A stretch of DNA of 64,000 nt from Chlamydiota bacterium. GTDB lineage: Bacteria; Chlamydiota; Chlamydiia; Chlamydiales; SM23-39. This document shows, one piece after another, positions 40,873 to 49,908 of this stretch. The notes under the pieces are model-generated. The model made no database searches. It saw only the letters and a list, made by a program, of their open reading frames with translations, and was not told the origin of the DNA. How positions within the stretch are numbered: position 1 is the stretch's first letter; every line of letters begins with the position of its first letter. A program made the translations under genes and the position numbers. Location: positions 8,198 to 72,197 of the forward strand of contig JABDHH010000002.1 in assembly GCA_013285585.1 (NCBI GenBank), read 5' to 3'.

Positions 40873-41716
40873 AACTGCCGGAGCTTTCCGCACAAGCCTT
40901 GAAGCTCGCCTCAAGAATTTAGCTATTTCAACTGGCGAAGACCTCCAACGCCTTCGTCGCAAAGTCGCATTCGACCGATTCCTCGCAAGGATTTTCTCTC
41001 AAGAAAAACCGAAGTTTTTTCTCAAAGGTGGATATGCAATGGAATTGCGCATCGCCCATGCCCGAGCTACGAAAGACATTGACCTGACCTGCATTCGACG
41101 AGTGAAAAATGAAAACGAGCTTTTAAGTGAACTGATCTTAATCGATCTTCAAGACCTTTCTCAGCAAGATCTGAACGATCATTTCATCTATCAAGTTGGA
41201 AAGGCCCAGATCGACCTGGAAAACGCCCCATATGGAGGCGCCCGATATCCGGTTTCATCCTTGATCGGCGAGAAAATCTTTGTTCGCTTCCAGCTAGATG
41301 TAGGCGCCGATTTCCTTCTCGATCAGATTGAAACAATTCAAGGTTCCAACTGGCTTGAATTTTGCGGGGTTCCTGCACCGGTTATTCCCATGATTTCCAT
41401 TGAACAACAGTTCGCTGAAAAACTGCACACTTACACCTTGATTCGCGGTCAGAGAGTCAATTCCCGTGCAAAGGATCTAATCGATATGGTTCTTCTATTG
41501 AACATGAAAATTCCCAAGCCCGATGAAATGCTTCGCGCACTGCAAAAAGTCTTTAAAAAGCGCGATACCCATCCGCTACCGCAGAGATTAGACCCGCCGC
41601 CGAAAGAATGGAAATCTCAATTTATCAATATGGCAGCCGAGTGCGGTCTCACTCAGGATATGCAAGAGAGCTTCGAGAAAATATCAGACTTCTTCAATCG
41701 CATTATCACCATCTAG
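40856..41716 (+). CDS. AbiEii/AbiGii-family nucleotidyltransferase toxin
   Basis: 286 aa. FFLKGGYAMELR...ATKDIDL nucleotidyltransferase-fold motifs characteristic of AbiEii. Confidence 0.75.
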   Translation: MNTKFKTAGAFRTSLEARLKNLAISTGEDLQRLRRKVAFDRFLARIFSQEKPKFFLKGGYAMELRIAHARATKDIDLTCIRRVKNENELLSELILIDLQDLSQQDLNDHFIYQVGKAQIDLENAPYGGARYPVSSLIGEKIFVRFQLDVGADFLLDQIETIQGSNWLEFCGVPAPVIPMISIEQQFAEKLHTYTLIRGQRVNSRAKDLIDMVLLLNMKIPKPDEMLRALQKVFKKRDTHPLPQRLDPPPKEWKSQFINMAAECGLTQDMQESFEKISDFFNRIITI

Positions 41717-41731
41717 TGCAAAGGAATTCTC

Positions 41732-41848
41732 ATGAACAGCGCAAACGATCCTCTCGAAAAAGCGAAAGAAGTCCTCTGGCAAAAACTACAGCAAGCGATA
41801 GCACAAGCATGGCATCGGCTGGATGATGGTATTTTGAGGACACGATGA
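41732..41848 (+). CDS. Possible 38-aa small ORF coupled to the downstream gene
   Basis: Below the ORF-track cutoff. ATG with an AAAGGA RBS. Its stop overlaps the next start as ATGA (41845-41848). Product: MNSANDPLEKAKEVLWQKLQQAIAQAWHRLDDGILRTR. Confidence 0.3.
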   Translation: MNSANDPLEKAKEVLWQKLQQAIAQAWHRLDDGILRTR

Positions 41849-42537
41849 CAGGTAGACCTCCTGCTCAAAATGACTGTCTTGGAGGAATACTGTATCGTTC
41901 TCTATTTCCCACGGAAGAAGATCGTTATAAGGGATATTTCAAAGAGGATTGGTGGTCGCTTGAGGAATTTGCCTGTTTAATGGCTGGGACGATTCCTGAA
42001 GTCTATCAGGGGATATTGGCAAAGAATGAAAAATACATGAACCTCAAAAATATCAAAAGAGCGCTTGAAGCGAACAAGATCTTTCGACGTTTTTTGAGCG
42101 AAATTGAGGAGATACGTGTGACGGATGAAATTCGCCATGATCAAAACTACGCGATGTCATCTTGGCGTTTTATGAAGTGGGCGGCGATTAAGGATTTGCC
42201 GATTAAACGGCGTTTTTTGGATGCTCTGCCTTTTCCCCTCCTCGAAATTTTCTTGGAGTTTTTATCTGAAAACTCTCCATTACACACAAAGCCAAAATCC
42301 AGTCAGGCATATCATAGAGCCCTCTACTTGAAAGCTGCCAAAAATTTGGTCGGCAAATTTGAATACAGGCTAAGCAGAGACGAAATCTATGATCATCCAC
42401 GTATGCAGAGCGCTCTTCGTCAGATCAGAGCTCTTGGAGGTCACTACAAGAAAAGGACGATCACAGATGCATGGCTGGCCCAATTGGAAGAGCGCAAGAA
42501 AGGCCGTCCAAAAAAGAAGGAATTAATCGAAAAATGA
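41845..42537 (+). CDS. Hypothetical island protein
   Basis: 230 aa. No motif recognised. Confidence 0.5.
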   Translation: MTGRPPAQNDCLGGILYRSLFPTEEDRYKGYFKEDWWSLEEFACLMAGTIPEVYQGILAKNEKYMNLKNIKRALEANKIFRRFLSEIEEIRVTDEIRHDQNYAMSSWRFMKWAAIKDLPIKRRFLDALPFPLLEIFLEFLSENSPLHTKPKSSQAYHRALYLKAAKNLVGKFEYRLSRDEIYDHPRMQSALRQIRALGGHYKKRTITDAWLAQLEERKKGRPKKKELIEK

Positions 42538-42672
42538 AGTACACAAGGGATCAATTAAATACAGTGTCAATACCTCTCTAAAAACCATCTCCTCTATGTA
42601 GAAAAATACAGTCTCTAATCCGGCCTTAAAAAAATCCAGTATCATTGAGCTTAATCCAAGGAGTTGAACTAA

Positions 42673-42879
42673 ATGGAAGCTTATACTTACTGGTCCCCTC
42701 AACAAATTGTATCAAGCGGGCGATATCCTTTTACGATGGGTCAGATCCGCCATCTGCTTCTCTACCGGCATAGGAACAATCTTGAAAAAGTAGTGAGAAA
42801 AGTCGGTAAACGTCTTGTTTTCAGAATGGATTTGTTCGATCAATGGATTGAAGAACAAGCCTCCCAGTCATCCCGATAA
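42673..42879 (+). CDS. AlpA/excisionase-like helix-turn-helix protein
   Basis: 68 aa. ...FTMGQIRHLL...VRKVGKRLVFRMDLFDQWIEEQ matches the short MerR-superfamily excisionase pattern (G-R/K-x-x-F...W). Confidence 0.6.
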   Translation: MEAYTYWSPQQIVSSGRYPFTMGQIRHLLLYRHRNNLEKVVRKVGKRLVFRMDLFDQWIEEQASQSSR

Positions 42880-44602
42880 CGAGGTTTTTGTGGAATTTCA
42901 TTCCTTTATAGAAATCCTCGAAACAAAAACGGCTAAATCTCTGAAAAAAACAGGTTCTGGCTTCATGGCTTGTTGCCCAGCTCATGACGATGATAATCCG
43001 AGCCTTTCGGTTAGAGAAGGATGCGATGGGAAAATTCTCTTAAAATGCTTTACTGGGTGTCCCCTAGACGCTATATGCGCTGCGCTTGGTCTAGAAGTAT
43101 CCGACCTGTTCGAATCCGATTTCTCTTCCAAAAACTCCATGACACGAACCGTCTATTCCTACACAGATGAAGATGGCCGCGAACTCTATCGAAAAATCCG
43201 TATTGAACCGGGCTACGACGGCAAAGCAAAAAGCTTCTACTCGGAACGTGTCGATGAAAACGGTCAGATCATTCGAAGCCTCCAAGGATGCCGCAGGATT
43301 CTTTACCGGCTGCCAGAGGTCCTGAAAGGGATTGCCGAAGGCAAAACAATTTATCTTGTCGAAGGGGAGAAAGATGCCGATAACCTCCATTCCATCGGCC
43401 TTGTTGCAACGACTTCTCCAGAGTCTCTCAAATGGTCCGATGAATTCACGGAATCCCTCAAGGGGGCTGACGTAGTCATCCTCTACGACATGGATGAGAC
43501 AGGGCTGAAGCGAAAAGAGATTCTCTGCAAGAGCCTTGCTAACAGGGTAAAACGGCTCCGGGTTGTCGATCTCCCCGGACTCGAATTCCAGAAATCCCAC
43601 GGTCCTGATGTCAGTGATTGGTTGATGCGGGGGCATATGACCGAGGAGCTCATTGAGCTCACTGAGAAAACGTCCGATTACAGACTTGCGGAACCTACTA
43701 GTAGAATCCGTGCCGTTACCCTCGATGAGTTTCTCCTGATGGAATTGCCTAAGCGGGAGATGATTCTATCGCCCTTCTTGCCTTCGCAAGGACTTGGCCT
43801 TCTTTACGCTAAACGGGGGGTGGGGAAAACTCACGTCGCACTCGGGATTGCCTATGCGGTAGCCACGGGAGGAGCCTTCTTGAAATGGCAAGCTCCCAAG
43901 CCGCGAAAGGTGATCTACATTGACGGCGAGATGCCGGCGCCTGCAATGCAGGAGAGATTGAAACGTATTTCAGTGGGCGAAGATCTGAAGCCGCCTGATC
44001 CTACCTACCTCCGCCTGGTGACACCCGATTTGCAAGAGGGCCCAATGCCCGATCTTTCTTCCAAAGAAGGAAGAGAGGCTCTCGAACCACTCATCGTCGA
44101 TTGCGATTTAATCATCATCGATAACATTTCGACCCTTTTTCGCAGCGGCGATGAGAATGAGGCGGAGAGCTGGCAACCCATTCAAGATTGGGGCTTAAGC
44201 CTACGCAAAAGAGGAAAGTCAATCCTTTTTGTCCATCATGCAGGCAAAAGCGGCCAGCAAAGAGGAACCAGCAAAAAAGAAGATACCCTCGATGTAGTGA
44301 TCAATTTGAAGCCCCTGCAAGGGCACTCTTTGGAAGAGGGAGCGGCTTTTGAGGTCATTTTCGAGAAGACGCGTAATTTCGCCGGCGAGGGAGCTGCCGA
44401 TTTCCAAGTTCGCCTTCGAGTTCAAGACGATGGTCTTTGGAAATGGGAAATAGAAGAACCGGAAGTCGATCCGGAGGTCGTAGCAGTGGCACAATCCTGC
44501 AAAGAGGGGTTGACCATCGACCAGATCAGAAAGAAAACCGGGCTCACCAAGTCGCAGGTTGAAACAAGAAAGGGAAAAGCTAAAAAACAAGGACTTATAT
44601 GA
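42815..44602 (+). CDS. P4-alpha-like DNA primase (CHC2 zinc finger + Toprim) fused to a RepA/AAA_25-type ATPase
   Basis: CCPAHDDDNPSLSV...KCFTGC zinc finger. Toprim IYLVEGEKDADNL and VILYDMDETG. Walker A KRGVGKTH, Walker B LIIIDNIS. The probable true start is the GTG at 42890 (RBS GAGG), just after the upstream stop. Confidence 0.85.
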   Translation: MFSEWICSINGLKNKPPSHPDNEVFVEFHSFIEILETKTAKSLKKTGSGFMACCPAHDDDNPSLSVREGCDGKILLKCFTGCPLDAICAALGLEVSDLFESDFSSKNSMTRTVYSYTDEDGRELYRKIRIEPGYDGKAKSFYSERVDENGQIIRSLQGCRRILYRLPEVLKGIAEGKTIYLVEGEKDADNLHSIGLVATTSPESLKWSDEFTESLKGADVVILYDMDETGLKRKEILCKSLANRVKRLRVVDLPGLEFQKSHGPDVSDWLMRGHMTEELIELTEKTSDYRLAEPTSRIRAVTLDEFLLMELPKREMILSPFLPSQGLGLLYAKRGVGKTHVALGIAYAVATGGAFLKWQAPKPRKVIYIDGEMPAPAMQERLKRISVGEDLKPPDPTYLRLVTPDLQEGPMPDLSSKEGREALEPLIVDCDLIIIDNISTLFRSGDENEAESWQPIQDWGLSLRKRGKSILFVHHAGKSGQQRGTSKKEDTLDVVINLKPLQGHSLEEGAAFEVIFEKTRNFAGEGAADFQVRLRVQDDGLWKWEIEEPEVDPEVVAVAQSCKEGLTIDQIRKKTGLTKSQVETRKGKAKKQGLI

Positions 44603-45540
44603 CAAATCAACAAATTTCCGATTTTCCGATTCTCATAGAAAAAGAAGAAATCGGAAATGGGAAAAAGGAGGCAAAAATGACGACTGAAAAACAATTGAAT
44701 GCAAACCGCTTGAATGCCTTGCAGTCCACGGGGCCAAAAACAGACGAAGGCAAGGCAATCGTTTCCTCAAATGCTATGAGGCATGGCATTTTCACCAAGG
44801 ATTTGATCATTTCTTCCCACCTCGGTAAAGAAGACGAGAGGGAGTACATAGAAATGTTAACCAATCTGATAGGCTGTCTCGCTCCGCAGAATCAAATGGA
44901 AAGCTTGCTGGTCGAAAAAATCGCAATCGATTTTTGGAGACTGCGACGTGTGATACGATTTGAAGCCGGAAGCATTGGAAAATACCTTGAGACGATCTTC
45001 AACGATTTCTACTCCTACCCAAGAAAAACCAACAAGAAAATCGATACAGAAATAGAGGGGAAAAAGAAATATCTTGAATGGCTCTCTTCCTATATGGAAT
45101 GTCTCAAAAAGGAAGAAGTAAGCTTTGATCAACCTATGTGGGAAGGAGAAGCGATTGAAAGCGATATTCTCGAGGACTTCTATCTCATCATCAAAACCAT
45201 AGACACCATCCCATATGCGGAGAAAGAGAAATTGTTGTACGGCGACAGTAGTTTCGCGCAGTTGAAAAAGATTCTGGAGCAGCATGGATATTCTTCGAAA
45301 AAAGAAATTTCCGCAAAGCTCATTGAGGTCTCTGCACAACAAAGACGGCAGCTCGAAGAAGAAATTGAGAAATTAGAGCACGAAAGAGTCGCCAATATCG
45401 AGGCTGACAAGCTCAATAGAATGCTTGGGACGCTTCCCCAAGAAGACAATACAGAAAAAATCCTAAAGTATGAGCGGTCTATACAAAAGTCGATTTTTCA
45501 AAATCTCTTCCTATTGAAGAAGCTGCAAGGGTCGTTCTAG
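44599..45540 (+). CDS. Hypothetical coiled-coil island protein
   Basis: Probable start is the ATG at 44677 (AAGGAGG RBS), giving MTTEKQLNANRLNALQSTGPKTDEGKAIVSSNAMRHGIF... The rest is helical and charged. Confidence 0.5.
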   Translation: MTNQQISDFPILIEKEEIGNGKKEAKMTTEKQLNANRLNALQSTGPKTDEGKAIVSSNAMRHGIFTKDLIISSHLGKEDEREYIEMLTNLIGCLAPQNQMESLLVEKIAIDFWRLRRVIRFEAGSIGKYLETIFNDFYSYPRKTNKKIDTEIEGKKKYLEWLSSYMECLKKEEVSFDQPMWEGEAIESDILEDFYLIIKTIDTIPYAEKEKLLYGDSSFAQLKKILEQHGYSSKKEISAKLIEVSAQQRRQLEEEIEKLEHERVANIEADKLNRMLGTLPQEDNTEKILKYERSIQKSIFQNLFLLKKLQGSF

Positions 45541-45646
45541 AAAATGGGTTTGTTTTGGAAAAAATGCTTCGACTTTGTTCATAGCTTGCGACTCAAGGAT
45601 TATCAACCCCGATCTTTCGTTGATCCCCAGCAATGATTTCAGCCAA

Positions 45647-46768
45647 TTAGTCAGTCCGTAGTAAATCGATCATTTCTTTGACTGAATCCACGATGATCTG
45701 AGGCTGATTGAGCGTCACCATGTGGTCGCTTTCCTCGGCAAAAATCTGCTTCCCTCGCGTCGATTTGGTCACAAGATCTTTTTGAAGCTCTTTGAAGGGA
45801 ATATGAATAGCATCAATTTGCTCCTGAGTAAGACCACTGCCCTCCACAGAGATCGCTTTGACGGCTGAGATAACGATGAGCAGCTTATCGCCTAGATGAC
45901 CGCCTGCGGCTTTCAGTTGATCGCAACTAGTTTTGAAATGGGATGATTCTTGAAGGACAGTGCGCATGAACTTTGTAGTACGCAATTGAGCCAGGAGCTG
46001 CTTTTGGACTTGTTCCGGGAAAGCTGCAACAACGCCTTTCTTATACATTGCCGTATGAGTGAAAAGACGAATGATTCCAAGATGGGTAGCAAGCATCATC
46101 ATGGTAGGATGCAACTGCGGCCTGGGTATTTTTTCATATTGATCTTCATGAGCGGAATCGACAAGAACGACGCCAAGTACTTTATCTGGGTGCAGACTCG
46201 CAAAAAGACGCATATCGAGTCCTCCGAAGGAATGCCCCACTAGGATGTAGGGGCCCGGGATATTCGCCTTGCAGAGAGCAGTATGAAGCTCGGTAACGAT
46301 GTTTTGGCTAGTCCTTTCTAGAGGGCTTTCATCGCTCCAGCCATTGCCTGGCCGATCAAATGAGGTGACTCGGGTAAATTTGGCGATCTCTGGTTGAACA
46401 AGTGACCACCCGAGGGCATTGCAACCCAGCCCAGCATCGAGAACAACGGTCGGTCCACCCGTGCCTGTAGTGTAGAGATGCATATTGTAACCGCCGACAT
46501 CGACAAGCTTGCCAATGGGTGGATATTTCTTGGCATCGATTTTTGTGCTCACTACCTGATAGAGAGCTCCGCTAATAGCAAGCGTAGCGAGGGTACCGGC
46601 CAGGCCAAGCCCTACCCATTTAGTCCAGTTCCAAAACATAAGTGATTTCCCTGAAGTAGTCTGACTGTTAATTGCGGAGTGAAATGAATGAGTCTGCGGC
46701 CGAACGATCCGGCTTGACCCGAGAATGCTCGTCGAGAAAGAACGGAAAATATTTTTCAAACTATTCAT
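45647..46768 (-). CDS. Alpha/beta-fold hydrolase with an N-terminal TM anchor
   Basis: 373 aa. Nucleophile elbow GHSFGG; HTTGTGGPTVVLDAG oxyanion region; C-terminal DH. Confidence 0.8.
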   Translation of the reverse strand: MNSLKNIFRSFSTSILGSSRIVRPQTHSFHSAINSQTTSGKSLMFWNWTKWVGLGLAGTLATLAISGALYQVVSTKIDAKKYPPIGKLVDVGGYNMHLYTTGTGGPTVVLDAGLGCNALGWSLVQPEIAKFTRVTSFDRPGNGWSDESPLERTSQNIVTELHTALCKANIPGPYILVGHSFGGLDMRLFASLHPDKVLGVVLVDSAHEDQYEKIPRPQLHPTMMMLATHLGIIRLFTHTAMYKKGVVAAFPEQVQKQLLAQLRTTKFMRTVLQESSHFKTSCDQLKAAGGHLGDKLLIVISAVKAISVEGSGLTQEQIDAIHIPFKELQKDLVTKSTRGKQIFAEESDHMVTLNQPQIIVDSVKEMIDLLRTD

Positions 46769-47547
46769 CGATCTCTCCTATTTTCGTTCTCATCGCCAAA
46801 AAATTCCGCTGCAAACACGTCCATAGCCTCATAGATAAATTCTGGCATTTTCGGGTGATAAGCTGCGTAGGCATCCCTCTGTTCCAGAACAACATCCCTG
46901 AGCTTTAAAAAGATTTCTTTCGTTACTGGATTAAATTCTGTTAGGAGATCGTAATATCGCTTGATTAACTCTTGGACTTCTTTGGAATTAGCCTTTAGCC
47001 CTTGCTCGATCGCTTTAGAAGCATCCTTCATCAGTTTATTGGATCGGTCTGTTAGCTCTTCAACCTGCTCCTCCGAAAGAGCTTCAACTTTTTCTTTACC
47101 TTCTTTGATCTTTTCTTTCCCAAATTCCTTGATCTGGAGCTCTTCCACTTCTTTCATCGTGTTTTGCAAGGATCGGAATTTATCAAGCCTCTCCTTCTGG
47201 CTCAAGGTGCAATTCTTATAATAGGGAATGGTTACGTCAATGCTGGCGGCATATCGCTGCAGCCTTTTGATCTCCTTAGCGAGCTCCTGTCTTCTTGTTA
47301 CTAAGATAGCCGCAGCTGCCTTGCTATAATCCTTCAAAAGGAAGATCCCCTTGATCTTGGGCAAGCTTAAACCGATCTTTTTGAAGAAAATGATCTCGAA
47401 AAGGCGCAAGAACTGTTCGTCGCTATAAATTCGTTTCCCATTTGCCATACGTATCGAGGGTTTTAGCAAGCCGATGTGATCGTAGTGGCGCAGGGTACGG
47501 ACGCTCACTCGGGCCTGTTTGGCTAAGGAAGCGATGCTGTATTCCAT
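46765..47547 (-). CDS. MerR-family transcriptional regulator (TipA-like C-terminal domain)
   Basis: 260 aa. YSIASLAKQARVSVRTLRHYDHIGLLKP HTH. Overlaps the hydrolase start by 4 nt. Confidence 0.85.
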   Translation of the reverse strand: MEYSIASLAKQARVSVRTLRHYDHIGLLKPSIRMANGKRIYSDEQFLRLFEIIFFKKIGLSLPKIKGIFLLKDYSKAAAAILVTRRQELAKEIKRLQRYAASIDVTIPYYKNCTLSQKERLDKFRSLQNTMKEVEELQIKEFGKEKIKEGKEKVEALSEEQVEELTDRSNKLMKDASKAIEQGLKANSKEVQELIKRYYDLLTEFNPVTKEIFLKLRDVVLEQRDAYAAYHPKMPEFIYEAMDVFAAEFFGDENENRRDR

Positions 47548-47562
47548 AAATAGTCTCCCGGA

Positions 47563-47585
47563 TTGTATATATTACCAGAATACAA
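47563..47585. promoter_or_regulatory. Candidate MerR operator palindrome
   Basis: TTGTAT-N11-ATACAA perfect dyad, 16 nt upstream of the merR-family start codon. Confidence 0.35.
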
Positions 47586-47862
47586 CATTACGTTACGTCA
47601 ACTGCAACAGGCATTTATTAAAAAAAATACGATAGAGAAACTAACTTTCTATTACCATCTCAATTAAAGTTTGGACAAGAAATGGTTATTTTTTCTCAAA
47701 GAATCAGCAGACTAAGGCTATTTGGCATAGTGAGGGGTAAGTAGATGCACGTACTTTGGACTTTAGAGATCAATGGGGCCCGTTCCATGGCATGCCCTAT
47801 ACAAGAATCCTTATGGACGATATTGAGAGAAACCGATCAAAAGTCATAGCTTGTGCAACAAA

Positions 47863-48624
47863 TCACTCTTGATCCTTGAGGTGTTTCCGGACCGCTGACC
47901 GATAGTTGCAAAAATCGCAGGACGCCTTAACCTGCGGGAATTCATCCGATTCAAGACATACGCGAATCTCGAACAGGGTCGGCTCTACCCAGGAATCGTC
48001 ACCCGCATAGGGAAGAACGGAAATAGAAAACTCCAATTTCCCTCCGAAACGGTCCTTCGAATCATCCCCGTTGCAATAGATGAAATATCCCGTGTTCGAG
48101 ACCGAGAATCCTTTCCGTCTCAATAGCCACTGATAGACTTCGATCTGATTCTTCAACTTGGTCTTGTAGTCGCTGTCGTCCAATTGGATTTCTTTGGGAG
48201 TCGCGGTTGCCTTGTAGTCGACTACGATCAATTCCCCGGAGGAGCTGATCCAGAGATCGTCGATAGCGCCGGTAATGATGAAATTCGTCGGTTCGTGATG
48301 ATATTGGACTCCCTGGAAGTTCTCTCTCCAAGCATCCAAATCAGGATGGGCATAGGGAACCGCCTCAATGCCTTGTTCAATCATTAAAGGATGAGGCACT
48401 TGGTTGGACCGGCATAGATCGAATTCTTTTTTAAGCAGGGTGTCGACTGCCGTGTTCAAGCGAAAGGGCGGTCCACCGGGCTGACCCGTCCCGCAACGTC
48501 GATCGATGTAAAAGCACCGCGGGCAATCGAGGAAATTCTGGATTTTTGTGCGACTAAGTTTGAAAGGCTTCGGGTTTTTTGGATAAAACAAATTTCTGGA
48601 ACGTTGTGAGTTGTAATTGCTCAT
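47863..48624 (-). CDS. PD-(D/E)XK nuclease, Cas4/RecB-like, with Cys cluster
   Basis: 253 aa. CPRCFY near the N-terminus, IDDLW...LIVVDYK core, QIEVYQWLL (QxxxY), C-terminal C...CDFC. This pattern resembles Cas4-type Fe-S nucleases. Confidence 0.55.
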   Translation of the reverse strand: MSNYNSQRSRNLFYPKNPKPFKLSRTKIQNFLDCPRCFYIDRRCGTGQPGGPPFRLNTAVDTLLKKEFDLCRSNQVPHPLMIEQGIEAVPYAHPDLDAWRENFQGVQYHHEPTNFIITGAIDDLWISSSGELIVVDYKATATPKEIQLDDSDYKTKLKNQIEVYQWLLRRKGFSVSNTGYFIYCNGDDSKDRFGGKLEFSISVLPYAGDDSWVEPTLFEIRVCLESDEFPQVKASCDFCNYRSAVRKHLKDQE

Positions 48625-48912
48625 AAAATTTTTTAGACGGACTCCGTTTTTTTGGAATAAAAAGATTTTTTCTCACTTTGTAATGTAAGTAAAAAATTTC
48701 ACACAACTACAATAATTAACTTCAGAATGACTTAATAACACAAAGTACAGTAGCATAATTTAGGATAAAAAACGAAATTGAAAAAATAATTGATATCCAG
48801 GACTTCCCTGTGCTACGGAAAGAAAAAATAGGAGAAGGAAGCGAGAACTTGGCCAAGCCGAGCATCATGCGCAACCTATTGATCCTAAAGTAGCTTTTAA
48901 GGGAAAAATACA

Positions 48913-49908
48913 ATGAAAAGAAAACAAACCGAACTGTCAAAGAAAACTAGTTATCAGAAATTAAAAGCAAAGTATTCCGTAGTCTCGTTCTTTTGCGGCT
49001 GCGGAGGTCTCGATTTGGGATTTGCTGGGGGCTTTTCATATAAGGAGATTAAAATTCCGAAACTCCCCTTTGAAGTGCTCGCGGCTTATGACAACGACGA
49101 AAACTGTATTAAGACCTATCGTCAAAATATCGCCGATCACGCTGAGGTTAAAGACTTATCTAGTTACAATCCCCACTCATGTCCTCCTGCCGATATTCTA
49201 ATAGGAGGATTTCCTTGTCAGGACTTTTCTGTCTGTGGCCCACGAGCAGGCTTAAAATCACATCGTGGCAGGCTCTATCAAGCTCTCATCCAGTATATGG
49301 AAGTCCACAAACCAATGATCGTGGTTGGAGAAAATGTTCCTGGGCTAGCAAATGTAATGAAAGGCGAAATTCTTGAAACAATAAAAAAAGAGTTGAGTGG
49401 AGTAGGCTACCAAGTCGAGGTTTGGACTTTATTCGCTCCAGATTATGGTATTCCACAAAACCGAACAAGACTTTTCATAGTAGCGGTTCGTGATGATTTA
49501 AATGGTTTTCCAAGTATACCAATTAAAAAATACACAAACGAAGAATATCGCACAATAAAATGGGCAATTGATGATCTTAAACAACTAAGAGATGATTCCG
49601 TACCAAACCAATCTCAATATTTCAAAGCCGCAAAATCTAAAAACAGAAGTCAGGGAGACGAAACCTCCCCCGCAGATTCACCTTCATATACAATAAGAGC
49701 AAATTCCCATTCACATATTCAGTTCCATTACGCCTTGAAACGCCGCCTTACTGTCCGAGAATGCGCCAGAATTCAAACATTCCCAGATGATTTTATTTTC
49801 CCGCATTCCACTACCACCAACATGATGCAGATAGGTAACGCCGTGCCACCGTTATTAGGGAATATTGTGGCAAAATCAGTTTTTGAATTTTTAGAAAAAT
49901 TAAAGTGA
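48913..49908 (+). CDS. dcm: DNA (cytosine-5)-methyltransferase
   Basis: 331 aa. Motif I FFCGCGGLDLGF, IV GGFPCQDFS, VI GENVPGL, VIII QNRTRLFIVA, IX RRLTVRECARIQTFPDDF, X GNAVPP. Confidence 0.93.
   Translation: MKRKQTELSKKTSYQKLKAKYSVVSFFCGCGGLDLGFAGGFSYKEIKIPKLPFEVLAAYDNDENCIKTYRQNIADHAEVKDLSSYNPHSCPPADILIGGFPCQDFSVCGPRAGLKSHRGRLYQALIQYMEVHKPMIVVGENVPGLANVMKGEILETIKKELSGVGYQVEVWTLFAPDYGIPQNRTRLFIVAVRDDLNGFPSIPIKKYTNEEYRTIKWAIDDLKQLRDDSVPNQSQYFKAAKSKNRSQGDETSPADSPSYTIRANSHSHIQFHYALKRRLTVRECARIQTFPDDFIFPHSTTTNMMQIGNAVPPLLGNIVAKSVFEFLEKLK

Noticed and set aside
42815-42889. The first 25 codons of the primase ORF as annotated in the track
   Set aside because: They overlap the 3' end of the excisionase-like gene. 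A GTG at 42890 with a GAGG RBS just after that stop is a more likely start. I kept the track coordinates in the feature table and flagged the alternative.
48722-48940. 72-aa minus-strand ORF in the AT-rich gap upstream of dcm
   Set aside because: The product is hydrophobic and low-complexity, generated by AT-rich sequence, and it overlaps the dcm start. The region is more plausibly the divergent promoter for the nuclease gene and the methylase operon.
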